Assembly: GCA_002496485.1 (NCBI GenBank)
Contig: DAJW01000042.1
Span: 13,972 to 54,668 of the forward strand
Length of the DNA stretch: 40,697 nt
Source of the DNA: Euryarchaeota archaeon UBA36
GTDB taxonomy: Archaea; Thermoplasmatota; Poseidoniia; Poseidoniales; Thalassarchaeaceae
Direction of reading: 5' to 3'
In this document: positions 18,160 through 27,077 of the stretch, piece after piece
Numbering within the stretch: the stretch's first letter is position 1
Layout of the letters: each line of letters starts with the position of its first letter
Translations under genes and position numbers: made by a program
Notes under the pieces: generated by a model
What the model saw: the letters and a program-made list of their open reading frames with translations, nothing else
Told to the model about the DNA's origin: nothing
Database searches by the model: none

Positions 18160-18160
18160 A

Positions 18161-20941
18161 ATGTCCAAAGATAAAGATAGCAAGGAAATTCAAGGTTACA
18201 GGCAACAGCCTGGTAAGTTACCATTCTCTAAGCCTGGCTCTGGTGGGAAGAATTCATTTTCAAAACCGATAGATTTGGAAAATATTCCTGTTTCTCAGAA
18301 TGGCCGTAAAGACCAGCCATGGGGACCACACCGTCATGATTCATTGATTAGCGGACAGGTGATAGGGCGACCAACAGCTTTGGTAGATAGTGCTTGGAAA
18401 GTTACTGGTCAAGCACAATATGGGGACGACATAAGACTCCCCAATGAATTGATTGGAAGAATTGTAAGATCGCCATATCATTATGCTAAAATATTATCAA
18501 TCGATTGTTCAGATGCATTAAATCTTCCTGGTGTAGTTGCAGTTGCTACGGGAATTGATGCTAAGAACAAATTCGGCGTATTGCCAGTTACAAAGGATGA
18601 GCATGCGATGGCAGTTGACAAAGTCCGCCATGCAGGTGACTTAATTGCATGCATAGCAGCAGAGAATGAAAACATTGCTAGAGAGGCTGAAAGATTAATT
18701 AAGATTGAGTATGAAATACTAGAATCGATCCATGACATTGAAGATGGATTGGAAGATAGTGAGTATCCTATTCATGATAGGGGGCAATATCATATTGGTA
18801 ATTCAAACATTCAGAAAAGAGTATTTCAAGAATTTGGAGACATATCCTCATTAGAAAAAAATACAGTAGCTAGTCACCGATCAAATTGGACATTTGCTGG
18901 AGTGAATCATGGTTTTACTGAGCCTCATGCAGTGGTAGCTAATTGGAGTCCAGATGGTAGATTGACATTGTACACGCCCCAGCAAGTACCTCACTACGTC
19001 CATAGATCTTTAGCTGACGTGTTAGAAATTCCTATGCATCAGATTAATGTCCACAGGACATTCGTAGGTGGGGGTTTTGGAGGAAAATCGGATCCATTTC
19101 CTCATGAGATGTGTGCCGCTATTCTTGCTAGAAAATCTGGAAGACCGGTTAGGATAACTTTTGATAGAGAAGAGGTTTTTTGGGTTAACAGAGGTAGGCA
19201 TCCATCGAAAATAGAAATGAATTTGCATGCGGATTCAGAGGGGAGAATTTGTGGAATTGAAACAGATGCTCTGATAGATGGTGGAGGTTTTGCTTCGTTT
19301 GGTCATGTAACTACCTATTACAATGGAGTATTACATACTGCTCCATACGAGATAGGTTCATTTCATTATACTGGAGCCCGAGTTTGGACAAATAAACCAG
19401 CTAGTGGTGCTATGCGAGGACATGGTGCAGTTAACTCAAGGTGTGCAGTAGAAGTCGGATTGGATGATTTAGCAGAAAAACTAGAAGTTGATCCAATAAC
19501 GCTTAGACTGGCGAATTTACTCCCACCTCATTCGGCCACCATTACTGGTTTTAGAGTAACCAGTATTGGCATGAGAGAATGTTTGGAAAGAGTAAAGAAA
19601 GAAAGTGGTTGGTCTGAAAAATTTAGAAAAATGCCCCTAGGAAAGGGAATAGGAGTAGGATGTGGTTTCTTCATTTCGGGAAGTGGACTTCCCATACATT
19701 GGGATCCAAATAAATTTCCTCATGCAACAGTTCATTTGAAAATTGACATGGATGGTGGTGTGACAATACATACCGGTGCAGCGGAAATTGGACAGGGTTC
19801 AGACACAGTAGTTTCGCAATCAGTTGCTGAAGTACTTGGACTTCCTCTAGATATGATTAGAATTAGATCAAGAGAGTCTGATACCTCTCCTGTTGATTTG
19901 GGATCATATTCATCCAGAGTTACATTCATGAATGCGAATGCAGCGATTTCTGCTGCTATGAAAATTCGCGATGAGTTGATTAAAGCGGCCTCTGATATAA
20001 CTGGAGCATCATTAAACAGTCTGATAGTCGGAGATAGGCGAATATTTGATAAAAATGACCCGGCAATCGGGGTTTCTTATCTAGAAGCATTACATAAATC
20101 TCAAGAAGAAAAGGGGGCACTAATTTCATCTGGAGCTTATAGGACGCCCCCTATGGGAAAAACGCACAAAGGGGCAGCCGCAGGTCTAGCTCCTGCATAT
20201 TCATTCTCAGCTTATGTTGCTGAAGTTTCTGTAGATATTGAAACTGGTAAAACTACTGTCGATAAGGTGTGGGCAGCGCATGATTGTGGAAAGGCTTTGA
20301 ATCCATTAGCCGTTAAAGGGCAAATAATAGGTTCATGTCACATGGGGCTTGGACAAGTTCTGTCTGAAGAGATGCGATATGGAAGATCGGGACATCTTAT
20401 GAATCCAGATTTTCTAGATTATAAGATACCAAGCATACATGAAATGCCGGAAGTAATTCCAATAATTGTTGAGTCGAACGACCCTGAGGGGCCATTTGGG
20501 GCCAAGGAAGCTGGGGAAGGACCATTACTTCCAATACTTCCAGCAGTTTGTAATGCCGTTTACGATGCGATAGGAGTCAGAACCGAAGAATTGCCTATAA
20601 CATCTGAAAAAGTTTTCAAATTGGTAGAAAAAAAATGTAGACTGCAAGGGATTTCAAACCCCTTAGATTTGAAATCCCCAAGATTAGAATTTTCAGATCT
20701 CCAAAATACCTTGGATAAGAGAGCTCAATTGCACTCTAAAAGAGACATTGAGCGGAGATTGAATTCCAACCGTGAGGAATATTATAATGGAGCTATTTTT
20801 GGACTTGAGCCGACAAAATCTCCAGAAGAGATTGATGACAACTGGTCTGTTAGAGTCATCCCGGAAGAAAATTATCTTCTATCACCTAGATTGGCTGGAA
20901 GTGCTTGGAAACATATCGAAAGAAGGAATATGGGTGATTAA
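18161..20941 (+). CDS. Molybdopterin-binding large subunit of a xanthine dehydrogenase / aldehyde oxidase family enzyme; substrate unknown
   Basis: Motifs VGGGFGGKSD, SGAMRGHGAVN and GAKEAGEGPLLP. The ATG at 18161 sits one nt after the small-subunit TGA, behind GGAGGGGGG. About 75 aa at the N-terminus and 100 aa at the C-terminus lie outside the usual core. Confidence 0.9.
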   Translation: MSKDKDSKEIQGYRQQPGKLPFSKPGSGGKNSFSKPIDLENIPVSQNGRKDQPWGPHRHDSLISGQVIGRPTALVDSAWKVTGQAQYGDDIRLPNELIGRIVRSPYHYAKILSIDCSDALNLPGVVAVATGIDAKNKFGVLPVTKDEHAMAVDKVRHAGDLIACIAAENENIAREAERLIKIEYEILESIHDIEDGLEDSEYPIHDRGQYHIGNSNIQKRVFQEFGDISSLEKNTVASHRSNWTFAGVNHGFTEPHAVVANWSPDGRLTLYTPQQVPHYVHRSLADVLEIPMHQINVHRTFVGGGFGGKSDPFPHEMCAAILARKSGRPVRITFDREEVFWVNRGRHPSKIEMNLHADSEGRICGIETDALIDGGGFASFGHVTTYYNGVLHTAPYEIGSFHYTGARVWTNKPASGAMRGHGAVNSRCAVEVGLDDLAEKLEVDPITLRLANLLPPHSATITGFRVTSIGMRECLERVKKESGWSEKFRKMPLGKGIGVGCGFFISGSGLPIHWDPNKFPHATVHLKIDMDGGVTIHTGAAEIGQGSDTVVSQSVAEVLGLPLDMIRIRSRESDTSPVDLGSYSSRVTFMNANAAISAAMKIRDELIKAASDITGASLNSLIVGDRRIFDKNDPAIGVSYLEALHKSQEEKGALISSGAYRTPPMGKTHKGAAAGLAPAYSFSAYVAEVSVDIETGKTTVDKVWAAHDCGKALNPLAVKGQIIGSCHMGLGQVLSEEMRYGRSGHLMNPDFLDYKIPSIHEMPEVIPIIVESNDPEGPFGAKEAGEGPLLPILPAVCNAVYDAIGVRTEELPITSEKVFKLVEKKCRLQGISNPLDLKSPRLEFSDLQNTLDKRAQLHSKRDIERRLNSNREEYYNGAIFGLEPTKSPEEIDDNWSVRVIPEENYLLSPRLAGSAWKHIERRNMGD

Positions 20942-21925
20942 ATGAAGATGCCACCATTTGAATTATACACTCCTGATTCAATTGAGCAAGCTTTAGAAAT
21001 TTCAGGAAACCTATCAAGAGAAAATAAAGAATTTGATTGGATAGCAGGAGGTACCGACTTGTTACCAAACTATAAATGGCATATCAATTCCAAAAATTAT
21101 GTAATCTCATTATCTTCCATTGACGAATTAAGAAAATTAAATAATGTCCATATTGGGGCCACTGTAAGTATTTATGATTTAGCAAATTCCCCTACTACGC
21201 ATCCAGTTCTAGCGAAAGCGGCAAACTCAATTGCGAGTGTAATGATAAGAAGGTCTGGTACGGTGGGTGGCAATATATGCTTAGATACACGATGTTACTG
21301 GTTAAACCAGTCTGAAACATGGAGAGAGTCGATAGATTGGTGTCATAAATGTGATTGTGGTACAGGAGCTGATTGTAGAGTAATACCTAATCAGAATACT
21401 CTATGTGTTGCTACTTACCAAGCCGATTTAGCCCCAGTTCTTATGTGCCTAGGAGCTGAAATTCACCTACTCAGTCATAAAGGAAAAAGATCAATGAAAC
21501 TGGAAGATTTTTTTGAGTTGGATGGGATAAAAAGAAATGTTTTATTTCCTGGTGAATTTATTACTCATGTGAGTATACCAAATGACTCTGCCGAATGGAT
21601 TGGGGACTATCAGAAGCTAAGACAAAGAGATTCATGGGATTTCCCAGAAGCGGGAGTAGCGGTTCTTTGGAAAACTAACCCTGATAATACGATTAAAGAT
21701 TTGAGGATTGCCACTACTGGTTTAGAATCGATTCCGGCTATTCACCACAAGGAAGTGGGAGAGGCACTTACATCTTGGAAGGGGGAAGATTCAGTGGATG
21801 ATCTAGCTGATTCAATAAGAAAAGCAGTGAAGCCTGTACAAAATACTTGGTTTTCTCCTAATTATAGAAAAAAGATGGTCAAGGTATTAACAAAGAGGGC
21901 GTTTGGTAACCTACTGGTGGAGTGA
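20942..21925 (+). CDS. FAD-binding medium subunit (CoxM/HcrB-like) with a Cys-rich insertion
   Basis: FAD_binding_5-type motifs IAGGTDLLP and SGTVGGNI. The start abuts the large-subunit stop. It has a roughly 40-aa insertion with 7 Cys (residues 113-155). Confidence 0.85.
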   Translation: MKMPPFELYTPDSIEQALEISGNLSRENKEFDWIAGGTDLLPNYKWHINSKNYVISLSSIDELRKLNNVHIGATVSIYDLANSPTTHPVLAKAANSIASVMIRRSGTVGGNICLDTRCYWLNQSETWRESIDWCHKCDCGTGADCRVIPNQNTLCVATYQADLAPVLMCLGAEIHLLSHKGKRSMKLEDFFELDGIKRNVLFPGEFITHVSIPNDSAEWIGDYQKLRQRDSWDFPEAGVAVLWKTNPDNTIKDLRIATTGLESIPAIHHKEVGEALTSWKGEDSVDDLADSIRKAVKPVQNTWFSPNYRKKMVKVLTKRAFGNLLVE

Positions 21926-22908
21926 TGGGGAAATTGTCATTCAGAACTTTTGTGGCGTCAATTATTATTATTTCATTTGGAGTAAATTTTGTTTCGGCTC
22001 AGGAATTATGTCAGTGCTCAATGGAAATAATATATCCAGGAGATGATGATGAGTTGTTTGAGGTATCAGATGAAGGTAGCGTGAATGTAGAATTTTATTT
22101 CGATAATTCTGGATTAATCGATTTACAAGTAGAATTCGAATATGATATTCCCTTTGATGCGGATTATGATGGCCCTGAAACAGCTACAATCTCCGGAAAT
22201 AGCAATGATTCTTTCCAAATCAAGATATCTGGAATTGATGTTGGAAGTATTTTAGGTGGATCTAGTGAGAGTTTCTCCATAGAAGCTGAAATAGTTGGAA
22301 GACAGGGAGTACCGGATCTCACTTCATTGGTCGGAATAGCGGAAACAAAGAATGCATCCAGTGGTTTAAAAATACCAGAAATATACAATTTAGAGGTAGA
22401 AATATCTGATCCATTCGGGCCAATAAATTCTGGTTCTAGTACTAATTTGATCGTTACAGTAACAAATTCGGGAAATATTGCAGATGGAATTGAAGACTTG
22501 GAAATTACTGATGATTGTCCACTGATGACAACGGAAGAATTACTGCCTGATTCATTTGCATCTTCAATGCAACCAGAATTTCTTTCTAGTGGCATTAGTT
22601 CTGACTCACAGGAACTGGAAATAACCGTCTCAGAAAGTCATCCAAAAAGAAATTGCGACATAGAGATTATGATAACTTCGAAAGCTTCTGCGGCTAAAGG
22701 AAATACAGTTATTTCGAGGGATGAGGTTAGAATCTCAGTAGAACCTGGATTGAAGGATGAAGGGGGTAGTGGAAGCTCGGATAATGGGGATGGTGACATA
22801 GTAGTTGAAGAAGTAGTAACTACTAGTTTACCTGGACCAAATATAATTTTGATAGTATTGTCAGTCTTAGCGGCCTCATTAATCCATAAACGATTACAAG
22901 AAAATTAA
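21925..22908 (+). CDS. Secreted protein with a CARDB-like beta-sandwich segment and a C-terminal PG-x hydrophobic anchor
   Basis: Signal peptide FVASIIIISFGVNFVSAQE. NLIVTVTNSGNIADGIEDLEI resembles CARDB repeats. The C-terminus is a Gly/Ser/Asp linker followed by LPGPNIILIVLSVLAASLIHKR. The ATG overlaps the upstream TGA (TGATG). Confidence 0.6.
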   Translation: MGKLSFRTFVASIIIISFGVNFVSAQELCQCSMEIIYPGDDDELFEVSDEGSVNVEFYFDNSGLIDLQVEFEYDIPFDADYDGPETATISGNSNDSFQIKISGIDVGSILGGSSESFSIEAEIVGRQGVPDLTSLVGIAETKNASSGLKIPEIYNLEVEISDPFGPINSGSSTNLIVTVTNSGNIADGIEDLEITDDCPLMTTEELLPDSFASSMQPEFLSSGISSDSQELEITVSESHPKRNCDIEIMITSKASAAKGNTVISRDEVRISVEPGLKDEGGSGSSDNGDGDIVVEEVVTTSLPGPNIILIVLSVLAASLIHKRLQEN

Positions 22909-23020
22909 AAAAAATTTGAGATAATATAGTAATTTTCGGGCAACAATCATCAGGAACATATAACTGTGAATCATCGGTCGCAGCCACGCTATTGATGGGT
23001 TTAATTCATCAAATCTTATT

Positions 23021-24655
23021 TTGGGTGAAAATATGGCTGAGGCAAAAGAGGTTGAGAAGCGTTTTAATAGGGCAGTAATGGTTTCTTTGACTGTTACTTC
23101 TATTTTATTACTAATTTTACCTATGTTTTTTGTTGTTGGAAAATCTACAACTTTTTCAGCTTATGAAGAAGAAGAAATTTGGCAAGTATCAGATATGAGA
23201 GAAAGCTTATCCGGAGATTGTGAAGGTCAATCAAACTCGGACTGTGAATATTACTTTGTAGCAAATACAATGTCTACGCCAATGTTGGTTAACGACTGGA
23301 AAGACCCACATAGGACTCTTTTAGCCATTATTGGTCCGGAAAAACCGATAGATGAAACTGAAGCTCAAGAGATTTATAAATTTGTTACCGAAATGGGTGG
23401 AAAAGTTATTGTAGCATCTGATAATACTAATGCAAATCTTCTTGCCAAGAAATTTGGGGTTACTTTTTTTGACAAACCTCTTTTAGATGAAAAACAGCAC
23501 TGGGTTGTTAACCGTGGGAATTCGGTCGATATTTCTTGGTTGAATGTTTGGAGTGCAACTTCAGTAGGACAAGATACTGAGAAGATGTCGACCGCAGCAC
23601 TAATGCAGGGTTGTTCAGATTTTCAAATTCAGAATTACAATCCGGTAGACTGCCGGATGCCAGTAATGTACAGGTCTCCAACGGGATTGAAATTTGAAAA
23701 TTTAGAAGACGATTTAACCAACAGGGAAGTCATGACACTAGGAGCTGCTTCTGAATCTGCTTTTATTGACATAGAAGGAGATAATGATCCAACTAATCTC
23801 AATAATCCTGCTCCAGGAGATCTAAAGTTGATGATGAGATTTGACTACCCAGGAATTAAAGCATTTGATCAAATATCAGACGATGTTCAGACAGCATTTT
23901 CCAATGATTATGGAGAGCTTGAAGTCACTGGAAGTATTGTTTTTGTGTCGGATGAAGAGGTATTTTCAAATTTCCTATGGAATTTAGACTCGGCAGAGGA
24001 ACAAGGGCTCACTAAGGACTGTAGATCGATAGGAGAATATACACTCAATAATTGTTGGACTAAAGAAATCCTAAGTAACAATGAATGGGGAGGAAATGAA
24101 CGTTTTTTTAGAGTTCTAATTCATGATATGATGGAATTTGATAATCTTAATTTATCTGCACAGATTAGGCAGGGCACTTTTGCAGGAGATAGGTCAAATT
24201 TCCAAGTAGTTTTTGATGAAAGTAGACATGTAACGGGAGTAATATCTGCTCCATTTGTAGAAACAATGGGAACTGTAGTTCTTTTGACTTCTAATGATTT
24301 TTTGAAGTGGCTGGTGGTTCTGAATGTGGGACTTTTGTTACTTGTAGCTATGATGATAGTTCCTGAAAAAGAAAATTGGCGACATGTTTTTGATTTGACT
24401 AAATTTAATCGAAGACCGAATAAAATGGAGCCTGAGAGCTATAGGCAAAGGGTTCAACAAGCTCTTTTTTCCAAAATTAGAATACAGAATGATTTGACAA
24501 GGGATCAGATGGCAATGATGCCACCACCAGAGATTCAAGCATTGATTGGAGATCCGAGGCTTGTGGAATTGGCTTATAGCCAAAGCCGCACGTACTCGCC
24601 ACAAGAGTTACGCCAGCTGATGCAAGCAATACGAAGATGGGGAAAAAATAATTGA
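23021..24655 (+). CDS. Membrane-anchored DUF4350/GldG-like protein, first gene of the MoxR operon
   Basis: N-terminal TM, a large ectodomain with AIIGPEKPIDETEAQEIYKFVTEMGGKVIVASDNT and VVFDESRHVTG (patterns typical of DUF4350/GldG-like proteins), a C-terminal TM and a roughly 100-aa cytoplasmic tail. Start is the TTG at 23021 or the ATG at 23033. Confidence 0.55.
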   Translation: MGENMAEAKEVEKRFNRAVMVSLTVTSILLLILPMFFVVGKSTTFSAYEEEEIWQVSDMRESLSGDCEGQSNSDCEYYFVANTMSTPMLVNDWKDPHRTLLAIIGPEKPIDETEAQEIYKFVTEMGGKVIVASDNTNANLLAKKFGVTFFDKPLLDEKQHWVVNRGNSVDISWLNVWSATSVGQDTEKMSTAALMQGCSDFQIQNYNPVDCRMPVMYRSPTGLKFENLEDDLTNREVMTLGAASESAFIDIEGDNDPTNLNNPAPGDLKLMMRFDYPGIKAFDQISDDVQTAFSNDYGELEVTGSIVFVSDEEVFSNFLWNLDSAEEQGLTKDCRSIGEYTLNNCWTKEILSNNEWGGNERFFRVLIHDMMEFDNLNLSAQIRQGTFAGDRSNFQVVFDESRHVTGVISAPFVETMGTVVLLTSNDFLKWLVVLNVGLLLLVAMMIVPEKENWRHVFDLTKFNRRPNKMEPESYRQRVQQALFSKIRIQNDLTRDQMAMMPPPEIQALIGDPRLVELAYSQSRTYSPQELRQLMQAIRRWGKNN

Positions 24656-24672
24656 ATAAAGGAGATAAAAAA

Positions 24673-25728
24673 ATGAATGCAACAACACCAGCAGATGGAG
24701 CACAGGCTAAGTCGTCTAGTGCTAGTGATAATGCACTAGCCAAAAAGGCAGAAGCAGCCAGAGGAAATAGTAAGACGAATGAAGTTCTGACAGCAACAGG
24801 AGCTATGGGGAAGGCCATTAGTTCTGAAGTTCAGAAAGTGATAATTGGGAAATCTCATGTTATTGATAATGTAATGGTAGATATATTATCTAATGGTAAT
24901 CTTCTCTTCGAAGATTTTCCGGGTTTAGCAAAAACTCTGATGACTAATACATTTGCGGATGCTTTGGGGTGTGATTTCAAAAGAGTGCAGTTCACTCCAG
25001 ATTTATTACCAGCGGATATCACTGGGACAAATATTTACGATGCCAAGAAAGGTGAATTCTCGTTTAAGCCCGGACCGATTTTCTGTAACTTACTACTATC
25101 TGATGAAATAAATAGAGCCCCACCAAAAACTCAAGCAGCCCTTCTTGAAGCAATGCAGGAGAAGCAAGTAACTATTGGTGTTGTAACTCATAAGCTGCCT
25201 TCGCCATTCTTGACAATGGCAACTCAAAATCCAGTTGAGCAAGAAGGAACTTATCCCCTTCCAGAGGCCCAATTAGACAGATTCATGATGAAGATGATGG
25301 TTGGGTATCCCGATAGAGCAGATGAGGATGAAATTCTACAAAGAAGGATTGCTAGAAAGAAAGACGATGTGGATGTAAATACAATTACTGAACCAAATAT
25401 AGTTGTTAAAATGCAAGAATCTTGTGAAGATGTCTACGTAGACCCTGCAATAAGGATGTATATGGTTGAGATAGTAGCTAGGACCCGAGAAGATCCTCGA
25501 GTTCTAGTGGGATCATCACCTAGGGGCTCTCAGGCGCTGCTGAAGACTAGTAGAGCTGCTGCTGCAATGAGGGGTAGAGATTTTGTTACTCCGGACGATG
25601 TTAAGTCGATCGCGGAATTAGCAGTAGCACATAGACTGATTTTAAAACCTGAGCATCAAATTAAAGGACTAGAGACTGGAAAGGTAATTCAGGAAATTTT
25701 GAGACAAGTTCCAGTACCAACTGTCTGA
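24673..25728 (+). CDS. moxR: MoxR-family AAA+ ATPase (AAA_3)
   Basis: Walker A variant EDFPGLAKT; Walker B and sensor LLSDEINRAPPKTQAALLEAMQEKQVTI; QNPVEQEGTYPLPEAQLDRF; C-terminal lid GSSPRGSQALL. The ATG at 24673 is preceded by AAGGAG. The TTG at 24652 overlaps the upstream stop. Confidence 0.9.
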   Translation: MNATTPADGAQAKSSSASDNALAKKAEAARGNSKTNEVLTATGAMGKAISSEVQKVIIGKSHVIDNVMVDILSNGNLLFEDFPGLAKTLMTNTFADALGCDFKRVQFTPDLLPADITGTNIYDAKKGEFSFKPGPIFCNLLLSDEINRAPPKTQAALLEAMQEKQVTIGVVTHKLPSPFLTMATQNPVEQEGTYPLPEAQLDRFMMKMMVGYPDRADEDEILQRRIARKKDDVDVNTITEPNIVVKMQESCEDVYVDPAIRMYMVEIVARTREDPRVLVGSSPRGSQALLKTSRAAAAMRGRDFVTPDDVKSIAELAVAHRLILKPEHQIKGLETGKVIQEILRQVPVPTV

Positions 25729-25748
25729 GGTTTTAGGAGTATGCAGAA

Positions 25749-27068
25749 ATGGCTTGGAGTCGTAAATCAGCGATGTTCGCTTCGCTGTCTATTGCGATGT
25801 ACTTGCTTGGTTTAGTACTTAGAAATCAGCAGCTAGTAACTGTGGCAGTTGTCCTACTCTCTTTCTTGACTTGGGCGGCACTTAGGACAGCTCATGGAGA
25901 TGTTTCTTCCTCGGGCAGGAGAATTGAAGATAATCAATTAGATGAAGGTGTACAGTTACAAAATATCGTAGCAATGAGGAAGGTTTCTACATCTAGAGTT
26001 TTTGAAGATGGGGAAATTGATGTAGTTGTTAGATTACAAAATAGATCAAATATTGCTAAAGTAATAGAAGTTAGAGATAGAGTTCCAGAAGTAATGAGGA
26101 TAAAGAAGGGTGCAAATTATGTTCTAATGGAAATTGGTCCACAAAGAGAAACTGAAATTTCTTATACTATTGAAGCTCCATTGAGGGGATTTTACACTAT
26201 AGGTCCAGTATGTATTAGGGTTCAAGATGAATTCGGACTATTTCATAATGAAAAAGAAATTCAGCTATACGATGACTATCTAGTATTCCCAAAAATGGAA
26301 GACATTAAGGATGCAATGATAAAAAGTAGAGTTCCGAAGATTTTTACTGGTGCCGTAGCTATCAGAAATCCTGGAGAAGGTTCTAACTTTTTCAACCTAA
26401 GAGAATACCTTCCAGGAGATCCGATGAGAAAAGTAAATTGGAAAGCAACTGCAAGACAAGATGGTAAGATGATGGTGAATGAATTCGAAAGGGATGCAGT
26501 TAGTGACGTTGTCTTGATTGTTGACAGTAGAGAGGTCAGTGAGACGGGACCTGTAAGTAGGAACTCCTTAGTTTTCAGTACTAGGGCTGCAGCCAGTCTA
26601 TCTCAGTATTTTCTTTCTAGGAGAGATTCTGTGGGCTTAGTTGTATACGGGGATGAAATAGTATCTGTTGATCGAGACACGGGTAAAAAACAACTTTACA
26701 TTCTTTTGACCAAACTAGCAGGAGCTATGGCTAAGGGAAATACTCCATTGAAGATTGTAACAAACAGAATTATGCCTCACATTAATAGAGGTAGTCCAAT
26801 AATAATAATGTCACCTCTAGAGGATGATCCGACAATCGTAGATGCAGTGAGAGATTTACGTTCAAGAAGTTTTGAGGTAACAATACTCTCCCCTAGCAGC
26901 TTAGAGTTTGAATTTGATGCTAGAAGACTTGACAGAACTGGATATGAGGTACTAAAAACTGAAAGAGATATTATGATTTCTGAACTTAGGGGGTTGGGAG
27001 CAAATGTAATGGATTGGGAGCCTGATATGCTCTTAACTACTGCACTGGCAGGGGCAAGAGGTTTTTGA
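25749..27068 (+). CDS. DUF58 protein (vWA-like partner of MoxR)
   Basis: Two N-terminal TM helices, the hallmark DUF58 motif FNLREYLPGDPMRKVNWKATAR, then a vWA-like DVVLIVDSRE segment. Confidence 0.85.
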   Translation: MAWSRKSAMFASLSIAMYLLGLVLRNQQLVTVAVVLLSFLTWAALRTAHGDVSSSGRRIEDNQLDEGVQLQNIVAMRKVSTSRVFEDGEIDVVVRLQNRSNIAKVIEVRDRVPEVMRIKKGANYVLMEIGPQRETEISYTIEAPLRGFYTIGPVCIRVQDEFGLFHNEKEIQLYDDYLVFPKMEDIKDAMIKSRVPKIFTGAVAIRNPGEGSNFFNLREYLPGDPMRKVNWKATARQDGKMMVNEFERDAVSDVVLIVDSREVSETGPVSRNSLVFSTRAAASLSQYFLSRRDSVGLVVYGDEIVSVDRDTGKKQLYILLTKLAGAMAKGNTPLKIVTNRIMPHINRGSPIIIMSPLEDDPTIVDAVRDLRSRSFEVTILSPSSLEFEFDARRLDRTGYEVLKTERDIMISELRGLGANVMDWEPDMLLTTALAGARGF

Positions 27069-27077
27069 GGTTATAAT

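Noticed and set aside
18101-18160. The longer start for the Mo large subunit (ORF track 18101), which overlaps the 2Fe-2S subunit by 59 nt.
   Set aside because: The ATG at 18161 follows the upstream TGA by one nt and has a GGAGGGGGG ribosome-binding sequence. The extra 20 residues are just the alternative-frame reading of the small-subunit 3' end.
18161-20941. Calling the S-L-M cluster an aerobic carbon monoxide dehydrogenase (coxSLM).
   Set aside because: The large subunit shows SGAMRGHGAVN at the active-site loop position, not the form-I VAYRCSFR or the form-II AYRGAGR signature. Only a generic xanthine-dehydrogenase-family assignment is justified.
24673-27068. Interpreting MoxR + DUF58 as CoxD/CoxE-type maturation factors for the adjacent Mo enzyme.
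   Set aside because: The ATPase has the AAA_3 MoxR-proper motifs and pairs with DUF58 and DUF4350-like membrane proteins, a widespread module that occurs independently of Mo enzymes. A secreted-protein gene and a 112-nt spacer separate it from the Mo cluster. It is kept only as a low-probability idea inside the relevant finding.
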